64,000 bases of DNA from the human T2T-CHM13v2.0 reference genome, Homo sapiens, in NCBI RefSeq assembly GCF_009914755.1, contig NC_060929.1, one strand, 5' to 3'. The position numbers and the translations under genes are program-made. Of this stretch, positions 39,389 to 57,443 are shown piece after piece. The first letter of the stretch is position 1; each line of letters starts with the position of its first letter. The notes under the pieces were generated by a model. That model did no database searches. It was not told where the DNA came from and saw nothing but the letters and a program-made list of their open reading frames with translations.

Positions 39389-41079
39389 GTAAGGTTAAAT
39401 CTTTCTCCTGTGATCTGGATTTTCAGGTTCCCCAGTGAGGATGTGTGCTCGAGGTGGACTTTCCCCCCTCACACTTTGGCTACTCAGTTTTTTGGCCGTC
39501 TTATGGAGTTTGCAGTGACAATCTGCCTCTTTCAAAGGGTCTGTGAATTCTTTCAGTTTTCCTGGTATGTTCCTGTGGTAGTTCTTCAGCAAATGTTTAC
39601 AAAGGGAGTCTCTACACGCTGTTCTGTCTATCCGAGTGGGAACTGCAAGTTAGTACTGCCTCCTATCTGCCTTTTTTTCCTGTAAGTTATTTTTTGAGTA
39701 AATTTAGGTACTTTATATTTTTCTAAAAAATCTGTTTTATCCAGATTTTAAGGCTAATATGAATATGTTTTAGCGAAGGATTTTATTTCCCAATGTAACA
39801 GTTTTTCCATTTTTACTTTTAAACTAGCATTTTTTTTTTTTTTATCTTTCCAGTCTCCCTTGTTTAACTAGTGGATTATCTAGTTTCTTTTCCAAAAAAA
39901 ATCTTTTTTTTTCAAATATTCCTTAAGGTTTCAAATTTATTAATCTCTACTTTTTAAAATTAAATGATCTCTGCTTTCCTTACACTTCTTTGCATTTTCT
40001 AACTTCTTTAGATGAATGTTTAATTAATTTTTCAAGACTATATGTTTCATGCGTGTCCGTGTGAAGAGACCACCAAACAGGCTTTGTGTGAGCAACATGG
40101 CTGTTTATTTCACCTGGGTGCAGGCGGGCTGAGTCTGAAAAGAGAGTCAGCGAAGGCAGATAAGGGTGGGGCCGTTTTATAGGATTTGGGTAGGTAAAGG
40201 AAAATTACAGTCAAAGGGGGTTTGTTCTCTGGCGGGCAGGAGTGGGGGTCGCAAGGTGCTCAGTGGGGGTGCTTTTTGAGCCAGGATGAGCCAGGAAAAG
40301 GACTTTCACAAGGTAATGTCATCACTTAAGGCAATGACTGGCCATTTACACTTCTTTTGTGGTGGAACGTCATCAGTTAAGGTGGGGCAGGGCATTTTCA
40401 CTTCTTTTGTGATTCTTCAGTTGCTTCAGGCCATCTGGGCATATACATGCAAGTCACAGGGGATGCGATGGCTTGGCTTGGGCTCAGAGGCCTGACATTC
40501 CTGCCTTCTTATATTAATAAGAAAAATAAAACAAAATAGTGTTGAAGTGTGGGGGCGGTGAAAATTTTTGGGGGGTGGTATGTATGGAGAGAGAGAATGG
40601 GTGATGTTTCTCAGGGCTGCTTCGAGCTGGATTGGGGCGGCGTGGGAACGTAGAGTGGGAGAGATTAAGCTGAAGGAAGATTTTGTGGTAAGGGGTGATA
40701 CTATGGGGTTTTTAGGAGAAACATTTGTCGTGTAGAGTTATTGGTGATGGCCTGGATACGGTTTTGTATAAATTGAAAAACTAAATGGAATAAGAGAAGG
40801 AGAAAAACAGCTATAAAAGGCCTAAGAATTGGGAGGAGCCAGGACATCTGATTAGAGAGTGCCTAAGGAGATTCAGCATAGTCCTGCCAGCAAAGATTAT
40901 TTATTTACTTCAAGAATTTAGAGTGGCGGTTTGGGGATAGCACCAGGAGATATTAGCTGTGATGGCTTGGAGAAACAGTGTAAACAAGAGCAGAGCAAGT
41001 ATGAGTAGTTGAGAACGGTGAATAGGAGTATGACTAGACAGAAGATAGTAGGGATGACAAGTTTTTTGGGGCACAGTCT

Positions 41080-44000
41080 AAGTTGGTCTGGTGTCTGGAA
41101 TGAGAGTGGGGCCTAATAAAAGGGAACGTCTATACAGGAGCTTAAATGGGCTGTACCTTGTAGCATTCCCAGGATAGGCCTGAATTCTGAGAAGCGAAAG
41201 TGGTAAAAGTATTGTCCAGTCCTTTTTAAGTTGGTGGCTGAGCTTGGTGAGGTGTGTTTTTAAAAGACCATTAGTCTGTTCTACTTTTCCTGAAGACTGA
41301 GGACTATAAGGAATATAAAGGTTTCACTGAATACTAAGAACCTGAAAAACTGCTTGGCTGATTTGACTCATAAAGGCTGGTCTGTTATCAGACTGTATAG
41401 AGGTGGGAAGGCTAAACTGAAGAATTATGTCTGACAGAAGGGTAGAAATGACTGTGGTGGCCTTCTCAGACCCTGTAGGAAAGGCCTCTACCCATCTAGT
41501 GAAAGTGTCTACTTAGACTAAGAGATATTTTAGTTTTCTGACTCAAGGCATGTGAGTAAAGTCAATTTGCCAGTCCTGGGCAGGGACAAATCCCTGAGCT
41601 TGATGTGTAGAAAAGGGAGGGGGCCTGAACAATCTATGAGGGGTAGTAGAATAGCAGATGAAACACTGAGAAGTGATCTCCTTCAGGATAGATTTCCGTG
41701 ATGGAAAGGAAATGAGAGGTTCTAAGAGATGGGCTAGTGGCTTGTAACCTACATGGAAGAGGTTATGAAATGACGACAGAATAGAATGGGCCTTGAGGCT
41801 GGAAGGAGATATTTTCCTTGGTCTAAGAACTATTTGCCTTGTGTGGGAAGAGATTGATAGGTGGAAGTTTCAGCAGGGGAGTAGGTGGGAGTGACCAATG
41901 TGAAGGAGAAAAACTGGCCGTGAGGGACAGAAGTTGGAGGGCTAGCTGCTTGTCTAGCCACCTTATCAGTATAAGGGTTGCCTAGAGCAATGGGATCTTA
42001 CGCCTTTTGATGCCCCTTGCAGTGAATGACCCCAGCTTCCTTTGGAAGTAAAGCGGCCTTGAGTAGAGTTTTTATTAAAGAGACATTAATGATGGAGGAC
42101 CCTTGTGTAGTGAGAAAACCTCTTTCAGCCCATATGACCGCATGGTGGTGCAGAATATGAAAGACATATTTAGAATCAGTATAGATATCAATGCATAGTC
42201 CTTTTGCAAGAGTGAGGGCTTGAGTTAAGGCAACTAGTTCGGCTTGCTGAGAGGTAGTGGAGGGGGGCAGAGCGGTAGCCTCAATGAATGATGTGGAAGA
42301 TACTATAGCATAGCCTGCCTTTGCTGGTGAGTGGCGATTAGGCCTGGTGGAACTGCCATCAATAAACCAAGTGTGATCAGGGTGAGAAACAGGGAAGAAG
42401 GAAATGTGGGGAAATGGGATGAACATCAGGTGGATCAGAGAGATGCAGTCATGAGGGTCAGGTGTGGTATCCAGAATAATGTGGGAGGCCGGATTGAAGT
42501 CTGGGCCAGGAACAACGGTGATTGTGGGAGACTCAACAAAGAGTGAGTACAGCTGAAGGAGCCGGGAAGCAGAAAGCATATGCGTCAGGTGTGAGGAAGA
42601 AAATAGATTTTGGAAGTTATGAGAACTGTAGAGAGTGAGTTGAGTATAGTTTGTGATTTTGAGGGCCTCTAAAAGTATTAAAGCAGCGGCAGCCGCTGCA
42701 CGCAGACATGAGGGCTAGGCTAAAACAGTAAGGTCAAGTTGTTTGGACAGAAAGGCTACAGTGTGTGGTCCTGGCTCTTGTGTAAGAATTCTGACCATGC
42801 TAACCATGCCTAGGAAGGAAAGGAGTTGTTGTTTTGTAGAAGGTGCTGGGGTTTGAGAGATCAGTCGGACATGATTGGCAGGGAGAGCGCATGTGTTTTT
42901 ATGAGAATTATGCCGATATAGGTAACAGATGAGGAAGAAATTTGGGCTTGACTAAAGTAATGGGGGCTGTCTGTGAAGCTTTGTGGCAGTATAGCCTAGG
43001 TAATTTGCTGAGCTTGATGGGTGTCAGGGTCAGTCCAAGTGAAAGCGAAGAGAGGCTGGGATTAAGGGTGCAAAGGAATAGTAAAGAAAGCATGTTTGAG
43101 ATCTAGAACAGAATAATGGGTTGTAGAGGGAGGTATTAAGGATAGGAGAGTATATGGGTTTGGCACCACAGGGTGGATAGGCAAAACAATTTGGTTGATA
43201 AGGTGCAGATCCTGAGCTAACCTGTAGGGCTTGTCTGGTTTTAGGACAGGTAAAATGGGGGAATTGTAAGGAGAGTTTATAGGTTTTAGAAGCCTATGCT
43301 GTAGCAGGCGAGTGATAACAGGCTTTAATCCTTTTAAAGCATGATATGGGATGGGATATTGGCATTGAGTGGGGTAAGAGTGAATCAGTTTTAATGGGAT
43401 GGTAAGGGGTGCATGGTCGGTCGCTAAGGAGGGAGTAGAGGTGTCTTATACTTGTGAGTTAAGGTGGGGAGATATAAGGGGAGGATGTGAAGGAGGCTTT
43501 GAACTGGGGGAAAAGGTGGCAGTGAGGTGCAGCTGTAGCCTAGGAATAGTCAGGGAAGCAGATAATTTAGTTAAAGTGTCTCAGCCTAATAAGGGAACTG
43601 GGCAGGTGGGGACAATACTTAAAAGAGTATTGTCTAAGTTGGCACCAGAGTTGGGGAGTTTTAAGAGGTTTAGAAGCCTGGCCGTCAATACCTACAACAG
43701 TTATGGAGTCAAGGGAAACAGGCCCTTGAAAAGAAGGTAATGTGGAGTGGGTAGCCTCCGTATTGATTAAGAAGGGGATGGACTTACCCTCCACTGTGAG
43801 AGTTACCCAGAGCATCTGTGATGGTCCTGTAGGCTTCCGAGGCGATTGGGTGGTGTCAGACTTTAGCCGCTAAGCCAAGAAGGAGTCAGTCAGAGAGCCT
43901 TAGGCCAGAGTTCCAGGGGCTCTGGGAGTGGCTGCCAGGTGAGTTGAACAGTCTGAATTTCAGTGGGGTCCCACACAGATGGGACGCAGCTTAGGAGGAA

Positions 44001-45418
44001 TCCCAGGCTGTGGGCATTCCTTGGCCCAGTGGCCAGATTTCCGGCATGTGTAGCAAGCTCCTGGGAGAGGAGGTTCTGGAGGAACGCCTGGCCACTGCGG
44101 TTCAGGTGTTTGGAAGTTCTTGTGTGCTGGAGATGTGGCTGGGGTTTGTCTCACAGTGGAGGCAAGGAATTGCAACTTTTTTCTATTATTGTACACCTTG
44201 AAGGTGAGGTTAGTTAAGTTCTGTTGTGGGGTTTGAGGGCCAGATTCTAATTTTTGAAGTTTTTTCCTAATGTCAGGAGTGGATTGGGTGGTAAAATGCA
44301 TATTAAGAATAAGGCGGCCTTCTGGCCCCTCTGTGTCTAGGGTGGTAAAGCGTCTAAGGGTTGCTGCTAAGCAGGCCATGACCTGGGCTGGGTTTTCGTC
44401 TTCACCTTGGGTAGTTTCTTTAAGCTTGTCATAATTAACAGCCTTGTAAGCTGCTTTTTTAAGCCCTTCAACTAGGCAGGAAATCATTTAATCTCGCCTG
44501 GCTATACCTGGGGAATTTGCCTGGTAGTTCCATTGGGGATCCTCTCAGGGAAATGCTCTAATGCGTTCCTGGAGGTCTGGCTTGTGAAGCCAGCGGTTAT
44601 CAGCTTCAGATTGGGCTAGAGAAAAAACTCTTTCCCATTCATCTGGGGAGAGGGTAGAAGTCAGGATGACATTTAAGTCACTCCAGGTTAAGTTGTAGGA
44701 CAGAGTTAGATATTGGAATTCCTGTATATATTTAGTGGGGTCTGATGAGAAAGCCTAAATGTTGAGTGATCTGAGAGAGGTCTGATAGAGAAAAAGGTAC
44801 ATGTACTCTGATTATGCCTTCAGCTCCAGCCACCTCTCTAAGAGGAAATTGTTGGGCAGGTGGGGAAGAGCTAGTTGCGGAACTAAACTGTAAGCCCGAC
44901 CGGATGTGAGGAGGGGAGGTGATAGAAAGATTATAGGGTGGAGGAGCGGAGGCTGAGGAAGAATTGGGACTTAGCTCAGCCTGGTGATGAGCAGCCTGGG
45001 GAGGAGGGGAAAGGTCAGATGGGTCTGTAGAAAAGGAAGACTGGAAAGACTCAGCAACGCTTGGGGTTGGGACTGAGGGGACAGGCGGGAGGGAAAGGAG
45101 GAGGATCTGGGAGGAATCGCATTGGGAACAGAGGCTAGGGAGGGAACGAAGTGTGAAAAATGCCTGGATGTAAGGTACCTCAGACCATTTGCCCATTTTT
45201 CGACAAAAATTATTTAGGTCTTATAGGATGGAGAAATCGAAAGTGCCGTTTTCTGGCCATTTAGAGCCATTGTCAAGTTTGTATTGGGGCCAAGCGGTGT
45301 TGCAGAAGAAAATAAGGCATTTAGGTTTTAGGTCAGGTGTGAGTTGAAGAGGTTTTAAGTTTTTGAGAACACAGGCCAAGGGAGTAGAAGGAGGAATGGA
45401 GGGTGGAAGGTTGCCCAT
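41080..45418 (-). pseudogene. HERV-H #2 gag-pro-pol remnants
   Basis: MGNLPPS...FFCNTAWPQY (MA), QGEDENPAQ (MHR), zinc knuckles, protease, deleted RT, and an open RNase H stretch WFIDGSS...QQAELVAL...IYTDSKY...HCKGHQ (41998-42579). Confidence 0.92.
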
Positions 45419-45510
45419 AGTGAAGGAAGCAAGCCTAGAGAAAGGAGAGAGTAGAGAAATGGAGGGAAGGGGTTGGGGGGGTTCTTACCTTCCAGAAAGG
45501 TGGAAAAAGG

Positions 45511-45771
45511 GGTTGGGGTGCAGAGATAAGAGGTTGGGGCATGGAAATAAGGGATTGGGGCACAGAGATATAAGAGGTTGGGGCACAGAAATAAGGGATT
45601 GGGGTGCAGAGATATGAGGTTGGGGCACGGAAATAAGGGATTGGGGCACACAGATAAGAGGTCGGGGTACGGAAATAAGGGATTGGGGCACAGAGATAAG
45701 AGGTTGGGGCATGGAAATAAGGGATTGAGGCACAGAGATAAGAGGTTGGGGCACAGAAATAAGGGATTGGG
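45511..45771. repeat. HERV-H leader minisatellite, ~6 x 42 bp (12 x ~21 bp)
   Basis: Alternating GGTTGGGGCAYRGAAATAAGG / GATTGGGGCACAGAGATAAGA units; an adjacent 2 x 64-bp duplication lies at 45785-45918. Confidence 0.92.
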
Positions 45772-46430
45772 AGTTCTTGCCCTCGAAAAGAGGGACTTGC
45801 CACTAAGGGTGAAGGAGAAGGGGTTGAGGGGTACTTGCCCCTCTCCCAGAAAAGTGGGACTTGCCACTAACGGTGAAGGAGAAGGGGTTGAGGGGTACTT
45901 GCCCCTCTCCCAGAAAAGCAGAGAAGGGGTAGAGATAAGGAGAGAAGGGGTTGAGGTACTTGCCCCTTCCCCAGAAAAGCGGGACTTGCCGCTAAGGGTG
46001 AAGGACCAAGGCAGGCATCCCTGCATGGTCTGACACCCTTAAAACGTGGGTGTATAATCAGAGAGGCATCCCTGAAATGATTAAACACCAAGGGAAGGCT
46101 GCCTTCCCAGTCCGTGACCTGCGCCGGAGTTTTGGGTCCACAGATAAAACGTGTCTCCTTTGTCTCTCCCAGAAAATGAAAGGAATTGAAATTAAGAGAA
46201 GGGAGAGATTGAAGAGTGGAAAGGAGAAAGTGGTTGAGGGACAGTGAGACAGGTTGGAGAAGAGAGTAAGAAGAGGCCGCTTACCTGATTTAAAATTGGT
46301 GAGATGTTCCTTGGGCTGGTTGGTCTGAGGACCTGAGGTCATAGGTGGATCTTTCTCACGGAGCAAAGAACAGGAGTACAGGGGATTGATCTCCCAAGGG
46401 AGGTCCCCCGATCTGAGTCACGGCACCAAA

Positions 46431-46883
46431 TTTCATGCGCGTCCCTGTGAAGAGACCACCAAACAGGCTTTGTGTGAGCAACATGGCTGTTTATTTCACC
46501 TGGGTGCAGGCGGGCTGAGTCTGAAAAGAGAGTCAGCGAAGGCAGATAAGGGTGGGGCCGTTTTATAGGATTTGGGTAGGTAAAGGAAAATTACAGTCAA
46601 AGGGGGTTTGTTCTCTGGCGGGCAGGAGTGGGGGTCGCAAGGTGCTCAGTGGGGGTGCTTTTTGAGCCAGGATGAGCCAGGAAAAGGACTTTCACAAGGT
46701 AATGTCATCACTTAAGGCAATGACTGGCCATTTACACTTCTTTTGTGGTTGAACGTCATCAGTTAAGGTGGGGCAGGGCATTTTCACTTCTTTTGTGATT
46801 CTTCAGTTACTTTAGGCCATCTGGGCATATACATGCAAGTCACAGGGGATGCGATGGCTTGGCTTGGGCTCAGAGGCCTGACA
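46431..46883 (-). promoter_or_regulatory. 5' LTR7 of HERV-H #2 (promoter firing leftward)
   Basis: TATAAAA at 46561-46567 (- strand), two ACAAAAGA SOX-like motifs, and a downstream splice donor CAG|GTAAGC at 46285/46284. Confidence 0.9.
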
Positions 46884-47309
46884 ATATGTTTCCTCTAAAA
46901 TGAATCTTATTTCCCATTTTTAAGCTATAACCACCCTGCTGTCAAAAATGCTAAAATCAATTTGTTTATATTTCTTCATTTTTTCTAATTTTCCCCTTCA
47001 CCCTTCTCCCCTAAATTTTATTTTCCAATTTTGCTATAGTCTCATTTCTATATCACCAGAATCTATAACATAAATATTCTCTCAATAATTATATTTCCCA
47101 TAATTTCTTAACATAATTGAATATAGTTTTCTGTTTTTAGGTTTTTGACACTCATTACCAGGTATTTCGACATAGCTTTTTCATTACTTTCCTGATTAAA
47201 TCAACTTCATCATCTTAAGTTTTTCTAAGAAGGACTCTTGAGGTACATTGTTATTTTTTGCTTGCCTAGTGTATCATATTTTAAAATTTTAGTAATATAC
47301 TTGCCTACA

Positions 47310-48420
<1,111 letters not shown>

Positions 48421-49379
48421 GTTAGGAGCTCTGAGAACTCATTGTGAAGTCTTTGTGTCTTCTGCTCAATTTTATCTAACACTCATTGTGGTTGACAGCT
48501 ATTATTTATAGTTTGTGGTTTTCAGTTTTCTCTACTTTCTGGTTTTACCAAATATAAAATTTCTTCCTCAATTCGTATGTTAGTTTGGCCAGAATCGAAG
48601 AAGAGGGTGGAATAAAAATGTCCAGGGGAATTTTTGGGTGACTCCAGCATTAATATATATGATATGATGCAAATGTTTTCTGAAATAATGCAGATGTTAC
48701 ATAGTTTTTTTTTGCCATTCTCATCATTATTGTTATGGAAGGTTATGATAAATTGTTATATATTTATTATAATTGTCTATTCAATAGATACTAACAAGAC
48801 ACTCATCAATTTGCTTCATACTCTGCATATTGTAACATAAGCTTTTGCTTATCATTTTGCATCCCCAAATACAATGTGATTTCTAGGAAGAGAGAAACTG
48901 TTTCATTTATATTTTATTCTCCAGTGTTTAACATAATTCTTGGTAAATATCAGGCATACAAATAATTATTGTTGAATAAATGAGTAAAGAGACAAAAGCT
49001 TAGAAAAGAGGAGAGAATCTTGTAATAATTTTCCATCCAAGAAACTATATTAATCAGTTTCATCAAGGATACATTAAATAAATTTATAAGTTGGCAGTGA
49101 GATTCAGTATGTATTTCTGTGCATTTAAGCATTCTTTTAAAAATGATAAACACTATCCTTAGGATATTTAAGATAGTTAATGATAATTGCTTAATAATAT
49201 ATCTAGTGTTCAAGTTTATTTATTTAATTATTTGTTACTGTTGGTTGTTTAAAACAAGAGGGTCATTCAATTTTATTTTTAAAGCTTTTTTTTCAGAGAC
49301 ATAGAGTTGTACTTTGGTAGATACATTCTTTCTTTACTACAAAAATGTATGCAGAAATATAACTTAATTAATTTCTTGG

Positions 49380-50130
49380 CTTATAAAGTTTCAGCTCTTA
49401 GTCTCATTATTTTACCCCCATTTTCTCTCTTTTTACCATCTGGTTGTTTTTAAGATTTTTTTTGTCTTTAGTTTTCAACAGTTTTACTAAAACTTGTATA
49501 AGTGTGCATTCTGGTTTGTGATTTGTAGTGCTTTTTGAATCTGTGCTTCAATGCCACTCATGATTTAGAAAAAGAAAAGACTATTTTGTCTTCCAATATG
49601 GGTTCTGTATCTTTTCTGTTTCTGAAATTGAAATTACATGCATGTTAGAATTTTTCATTTTATCATCTATAGAGCTATACTCTTTTGTGAATTTTCATTT
49701 TTTTTCTTTCTGTACTTCATTCTGGATTTTTTAAAACATATTTTCCAAGTCACTAATTCTTTCTTCAGATGATAAATCTGCTATTAAAACCAACTGTTGA
49801 ATTTTTTATTTGAGTTTTTATAGTTTCCATTTCAGAATTTTTATTTGGATATTTACTATGATTTGTGGTACTCCGTTGACATTTTCAGTCTCTCCTTTTA
49901 TTTTCTGAAACCCATTGCCATATTAATAGTTAAATCTGTATCTGATATCTTCATTATCTAAATGCCAAATGGGCTGTTTCTATTCTTTATTTTTAAAAAC
50001 GGTTGTGAGTCGTGTTGTTACCACCTGTGCCTGATTATTTTTATTGAATTACATATATGAATTCATGAATTGCATACATTTTACAGCATGAAACATTACA
50101 GAAGTAACTTGAGACATCAGATCATGTTAT
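49380..50130 (-). mobile_element. Old L1M fragments
   Basis: T-rich degenerate L1-like sequence. Confidence 0.45.
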
Positions 50131-50976
50131 CTTTTCCACAGAGAATTACAGATATTTCCTAGAGGACTAAGAGCACTCAGGTATCCCAGATCACCTTATT
50201 CAGCCAGGAATTGAAAAGATTCAAAGCTGAGCCACAGTCCCTTCAAGGGCTGTTTGCACTTTTCCCTTAATCCTTGGATGTAAGCCTGCACAAATCATGG
50301 CAGGTTTGCCAAGGTCTAAATGCCTGGAGCTCAAACTACATTTGTTTTTTTCCTAGTCCTGTGAGTCTTTTGAAAGCTCTGTTCAGCTTATCAGCCCCCT
50401 AGTCATCTTACCATAATATAAATGCCATATACATTTTTCAGTTAAAAATTATCTACAATATCAGAGCCTATATCATTATCTTTTCTTGTTCCAGAAACGG
50501 ACTCTCTAATTCCCCATTGCTTGGCTATTCAATATATTTAAACATTAAAGTTTTCCATCTTTTTCAGTGGCTCTCAGTTGACAGGTTAACCTGAATTAAT
50601 TAGTCTTTACCAGAGGAGAAATGCTGATTTTTCTTTGTGCTTTCTTAATTTTGAGTTGGTATGTGTTCTGACACTTCGCAGAAAGTTTTGATAAAACTGA
50701 ATTTATAGTTAAAAAGGTACTGAAGATATTTTTATTTATTTATTTATTTTTTATTTTTATTTTATTTTTTTTTTATACTTTAAGTTTTAGGGTACATGTG
50801 CACATTGTGCAGGTTAGTTACATATGTATACATGTGCCATGCTGGTGCGCTGCACCCACTAACTCGTCATCTAGCATTAGGTATATCTCCTGATGCTATC
50901 CCTCCCCCCTCCCCCCACCCCACAACAGTCCCCAGAGTGTGATATTCCCCTTCGTGTGTCCATGTGATCTCATTGT

Positions 50977-54816
<3,840 letters not shown>

Positions 54817-54864
54817 TTATTTTGCTCGTTCGTTGATGCAGTTTCTTCCTAGTCTCGATGGTCT

Positions 54865-55881
54865 TTACATTTTGGCATGATTTTGCAGTGGCTGGTACTG
54901 GTTGTTCCTTTCCATGTTTAGTGCTTCCTTCAGGAGCTCTTGTAAGGCAGGCCTGGTGGTGACAAAATTTCTCAGCATTTGCTTGTCTGTAAAGTATTTT
55001 AATTCTCCTTCAGTTATGAAGATTAGTTTGGCTGGATATGAAATTCTGGGTTGAAAATTCTTTTCTTTAAGAATGTTGAATATTGGCCCCCACTCTCTTC
55101 TGGCTTGTAGGGTTTCTGCCGAGAGATCCACTGTTAATCTGATGGGCTTCCCTTTGAGGGTAACCCGACCTTTCTCTCTGGCTGCCCTTAACATTTTTTC
55201 CTTCATTTCAACTTTGGTGAATCTGACAATTATGTGTCTTGGAGTTGCTCTTCTCGAGGAGTATCTTTGTGGCGTTCTCTGTATTTCCTGAATCTGAACG
55301 TTGGCCTGCCTTGCTAGATTGGGGAAGTTCTCCTGGATAATATCCTGCAGAATGTTTTCCAACTTGGTTCCATTCTCCCCATCACTTTCAGATACACTAA
55401 TCAGAGGTAGATTTGGTCTTTTCACATAGTCCCATATTTCTTGGAGGCTTTGCTCATTTCTTTTTATTCTTTTTTCTCTAGACTTCCCTTCTCACTTCAT
55501 TTCATTCATTTCATCTTCCATTGCTGATACCCTTTCTTCCAGTTGATCGCATCGGCTCCTGAGGCTTCTGCATTCTTCACGTAGTTCTCGAGCCTTGGTT
55601 TTCAGCTCCATCAGCTCCTTTAAGCACTTCTTTGTATTGGTTATTCTAGTTATACATTCTTCTACATTTTTTTCAAAGTTTTCAACTTCTTTGCCTTTGG
55701 TTTGAATGTCCTCCCATAGCTCAGAGTAATTTGATCGTCTGAAGCCTTCTTCTCTCAGCTCGTCAAAGTCATTCTCCATCCAGCTTTGTTCCGTTGCTGG
55801 TGAGGAACTGCGTTCCTTTGGAGGAGGAGAGGCGCTCTGCTTTTTAGAGTTTCCAGTTTTTCTGTTCTGTTTTTTCCCCAT
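54865..55881 (-). pseudogene. L1 ORF1 with a premature stop after codon 129
   Basis: MGKKQNRK...EMNEMK* (CGA to TGA); the same frame resumes to QPLQNHAKM. Confidence 0.96.
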
Positions 55882-56783
55882 CTTTGTGGTTTTATCTACT
55901 TTTGGTCTTTGATGATGGTGATGTACAGATGGGTTTTTGGTGTGGATGTCCTTTCTGTTTGTTAGTTTTCCTTCTAACAGAGAGGACCCTCAGCTGCAGG
56001 TCTGTTGGAGTACCCTGCCGTGTGAGGTGTCATTGTGCCCCTGCTGGGGGGTGCCTCCCAGTTAGGCTGCTCGGGGGTCGGGGTCAGGGACCCACTTGAG
56101 GAGGCAGTCTGCCCGTTCTCAGATCTCCAGCTGCGTGCTGGGAGAACCACTGCTCTCTTCAAAGCTGTCAGACAGGGACATTTAAGTCTGCAGAGGTTAC
56201 TGCTGTCTTTTTGTTTGTCTGTGCCCTGCCCCCAGAGGTGGAGCCTACAGAAGCAGGCAGGCCTCCTTGAGCTGTGGTGGGCTCCACCCACTTCGAGCTT
56301 CCTGGCTGCTTTGTTTACCTAATCAAGCCTGGGCAATGGCGGGTGCCCCTCCTCCAGCCTCGCTGCTGCCTTGCAGTTTGATCTCAGACTGCTGTGCTAG
56401 CAATCAGCGAGACTCCGTGGGCGTAGGACCCTCTGAGCCAGGTGTGGGATATAATCTCATGGTGCGCCGTTTTTTAAGCCCGTCGGAAAAGCACAGTATT
56501 CGGGTGGGAGTGACCCGATTTTCCAGGTGCGTACATCACCCCTTTCTTTGACTCAGAAAGGGAACTCTCTGACCCCTTGCGCTTCCCAAGTGAGGCAATG
56601 CCTCGCCCTGCTTCGGCTCGCGCACGGTGTGCGCACCCACTGACCTGCACCCACTGTCTGGCACTCCCTAGTGAGATGAACCCGGTACCTCAGATGGAAA
56701 TGCAGAAATCACCCGTCTTCTGCGTAGCTCACGCTGGGAGCTGTAGACCGGAGCTGTTCCTATTCGGCCATCTTGGCTCCTCC
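55882..56783. promoter_or_regulatory. L1 5' UTR bidirectional promoter (sense leftward, antisense rightward)
   Basis: CpG-rich UTR with the YY1 site CAAGATGGCC at the 5' end; + strand donors CAG|GTGTGG (56441), CAG|GTGCGT (56526) and CCG|GTACCT (~56684). Confidence 0.8.
56336..56551 (+). CDS. ORF0: LINE-1 ORF0 (71 aa, antisense ORF in the L1 5' UTR), intact
   Basis: GCAATGG start; MAGAPPPASLLPCSLISDCCASNQRDSVGVGPSEPGVGYNLMVRRFLSPSEKHSIRVGVTRFSRCVHHPFL*. Expression is not shown by sequence. Confidence 0.8.
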   Translation: MAGAPPPASLLPCSLISDCCASNQRDSVGVGPSEPGVGYNLMVRRFLSPSEKHSIRVGVTRFSRCVHHPFL

Positions 56784-57309
56784 TGAAGATATTTTTAAAA
56801 AATAGATTCTTTCAATTTTGGGGGAGCAATAACTTTAAAAATCATATTATATTGACAAAAGCATACATATGGATGATAGCTATTAAATTCTGGAGTGGCT
56901 TTTTTACCATCCCGTATTTCATAATCAGAATAACTTTCTAAAAAACAATTTTTATCTTGCCACTCTCAATTTAAAACCATTTAATCTTAGCTCCATTTAT
57001 TATATGTATTCTCCCTTACAATTAAAACCAACTTATGATTTAATTCCTGAAAAGGGCTTTGTACATTTCTATTTTCTGCCTTTGCTCAGATATTTCCTTC
57101 TTCCCATACCTTCTATTTCTATCTGCCAGAACCTTATACATTTTTAATGACTAACTTAAATGCTACCTCTTCGTGACTATTTTCCCAAGTATACTCATTA
57201 GAAAGTTTGATCTTATCTCCCCTTTAAAGGGCATAGTATTCATTGTACAATATACTTATGGTATGTAGATTTCTATCATTTATATTTGTGTCTTACATCT
57301 TTTCCTCAG

Positions 57310-57443
57310 TTTCAAACATCTTCAAGGCAGAAACGTGTTGTATTTGCATGCTGTTTAGAAGGCAGTGTACTGAATAGTACCAGTTTTTTCAGAGACAAAT
57401 ATGGTGTACTTATTTGAAAAGAAAGGATGATACACATACATAG
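57310..57443 (+). other. Candidate exon A (probably derived from an L2 3' end)
   Basis: Acceptor TCTTACATCTTTTCCTCAG| and tandem donors TAG|GTAGGT (57443) and TAG|GTAAGA (57447). Confidence 0.45.

Larger units (their letters stand above)
31845..39680 (-). mobile_element. Near full-length L1PB LINE, decayed, with MER41A and LTR8 insertions
   Basis: ORF2 remnants ([36 protein letters not shown]), ORF1 remnants at ~36290-37342, L1PB-type 3' UTR at 31845 and 5' end near 39680. Confidence 0.88.
40045..46883 (-). mobile_element. HERV-H provirus #2 (6.8 kb, LTR7up-like LTRs, retains the gag CA and RNase H segments)
   Basis: LTRs at 40045-40497 and 46431-46883, PBS-His at 46411-46428 (1 mismatch), PPT at 40498-40510, 5-bp TSD ATATG (40040-40044 / 46884-46888). 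Confidence 0.97.
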
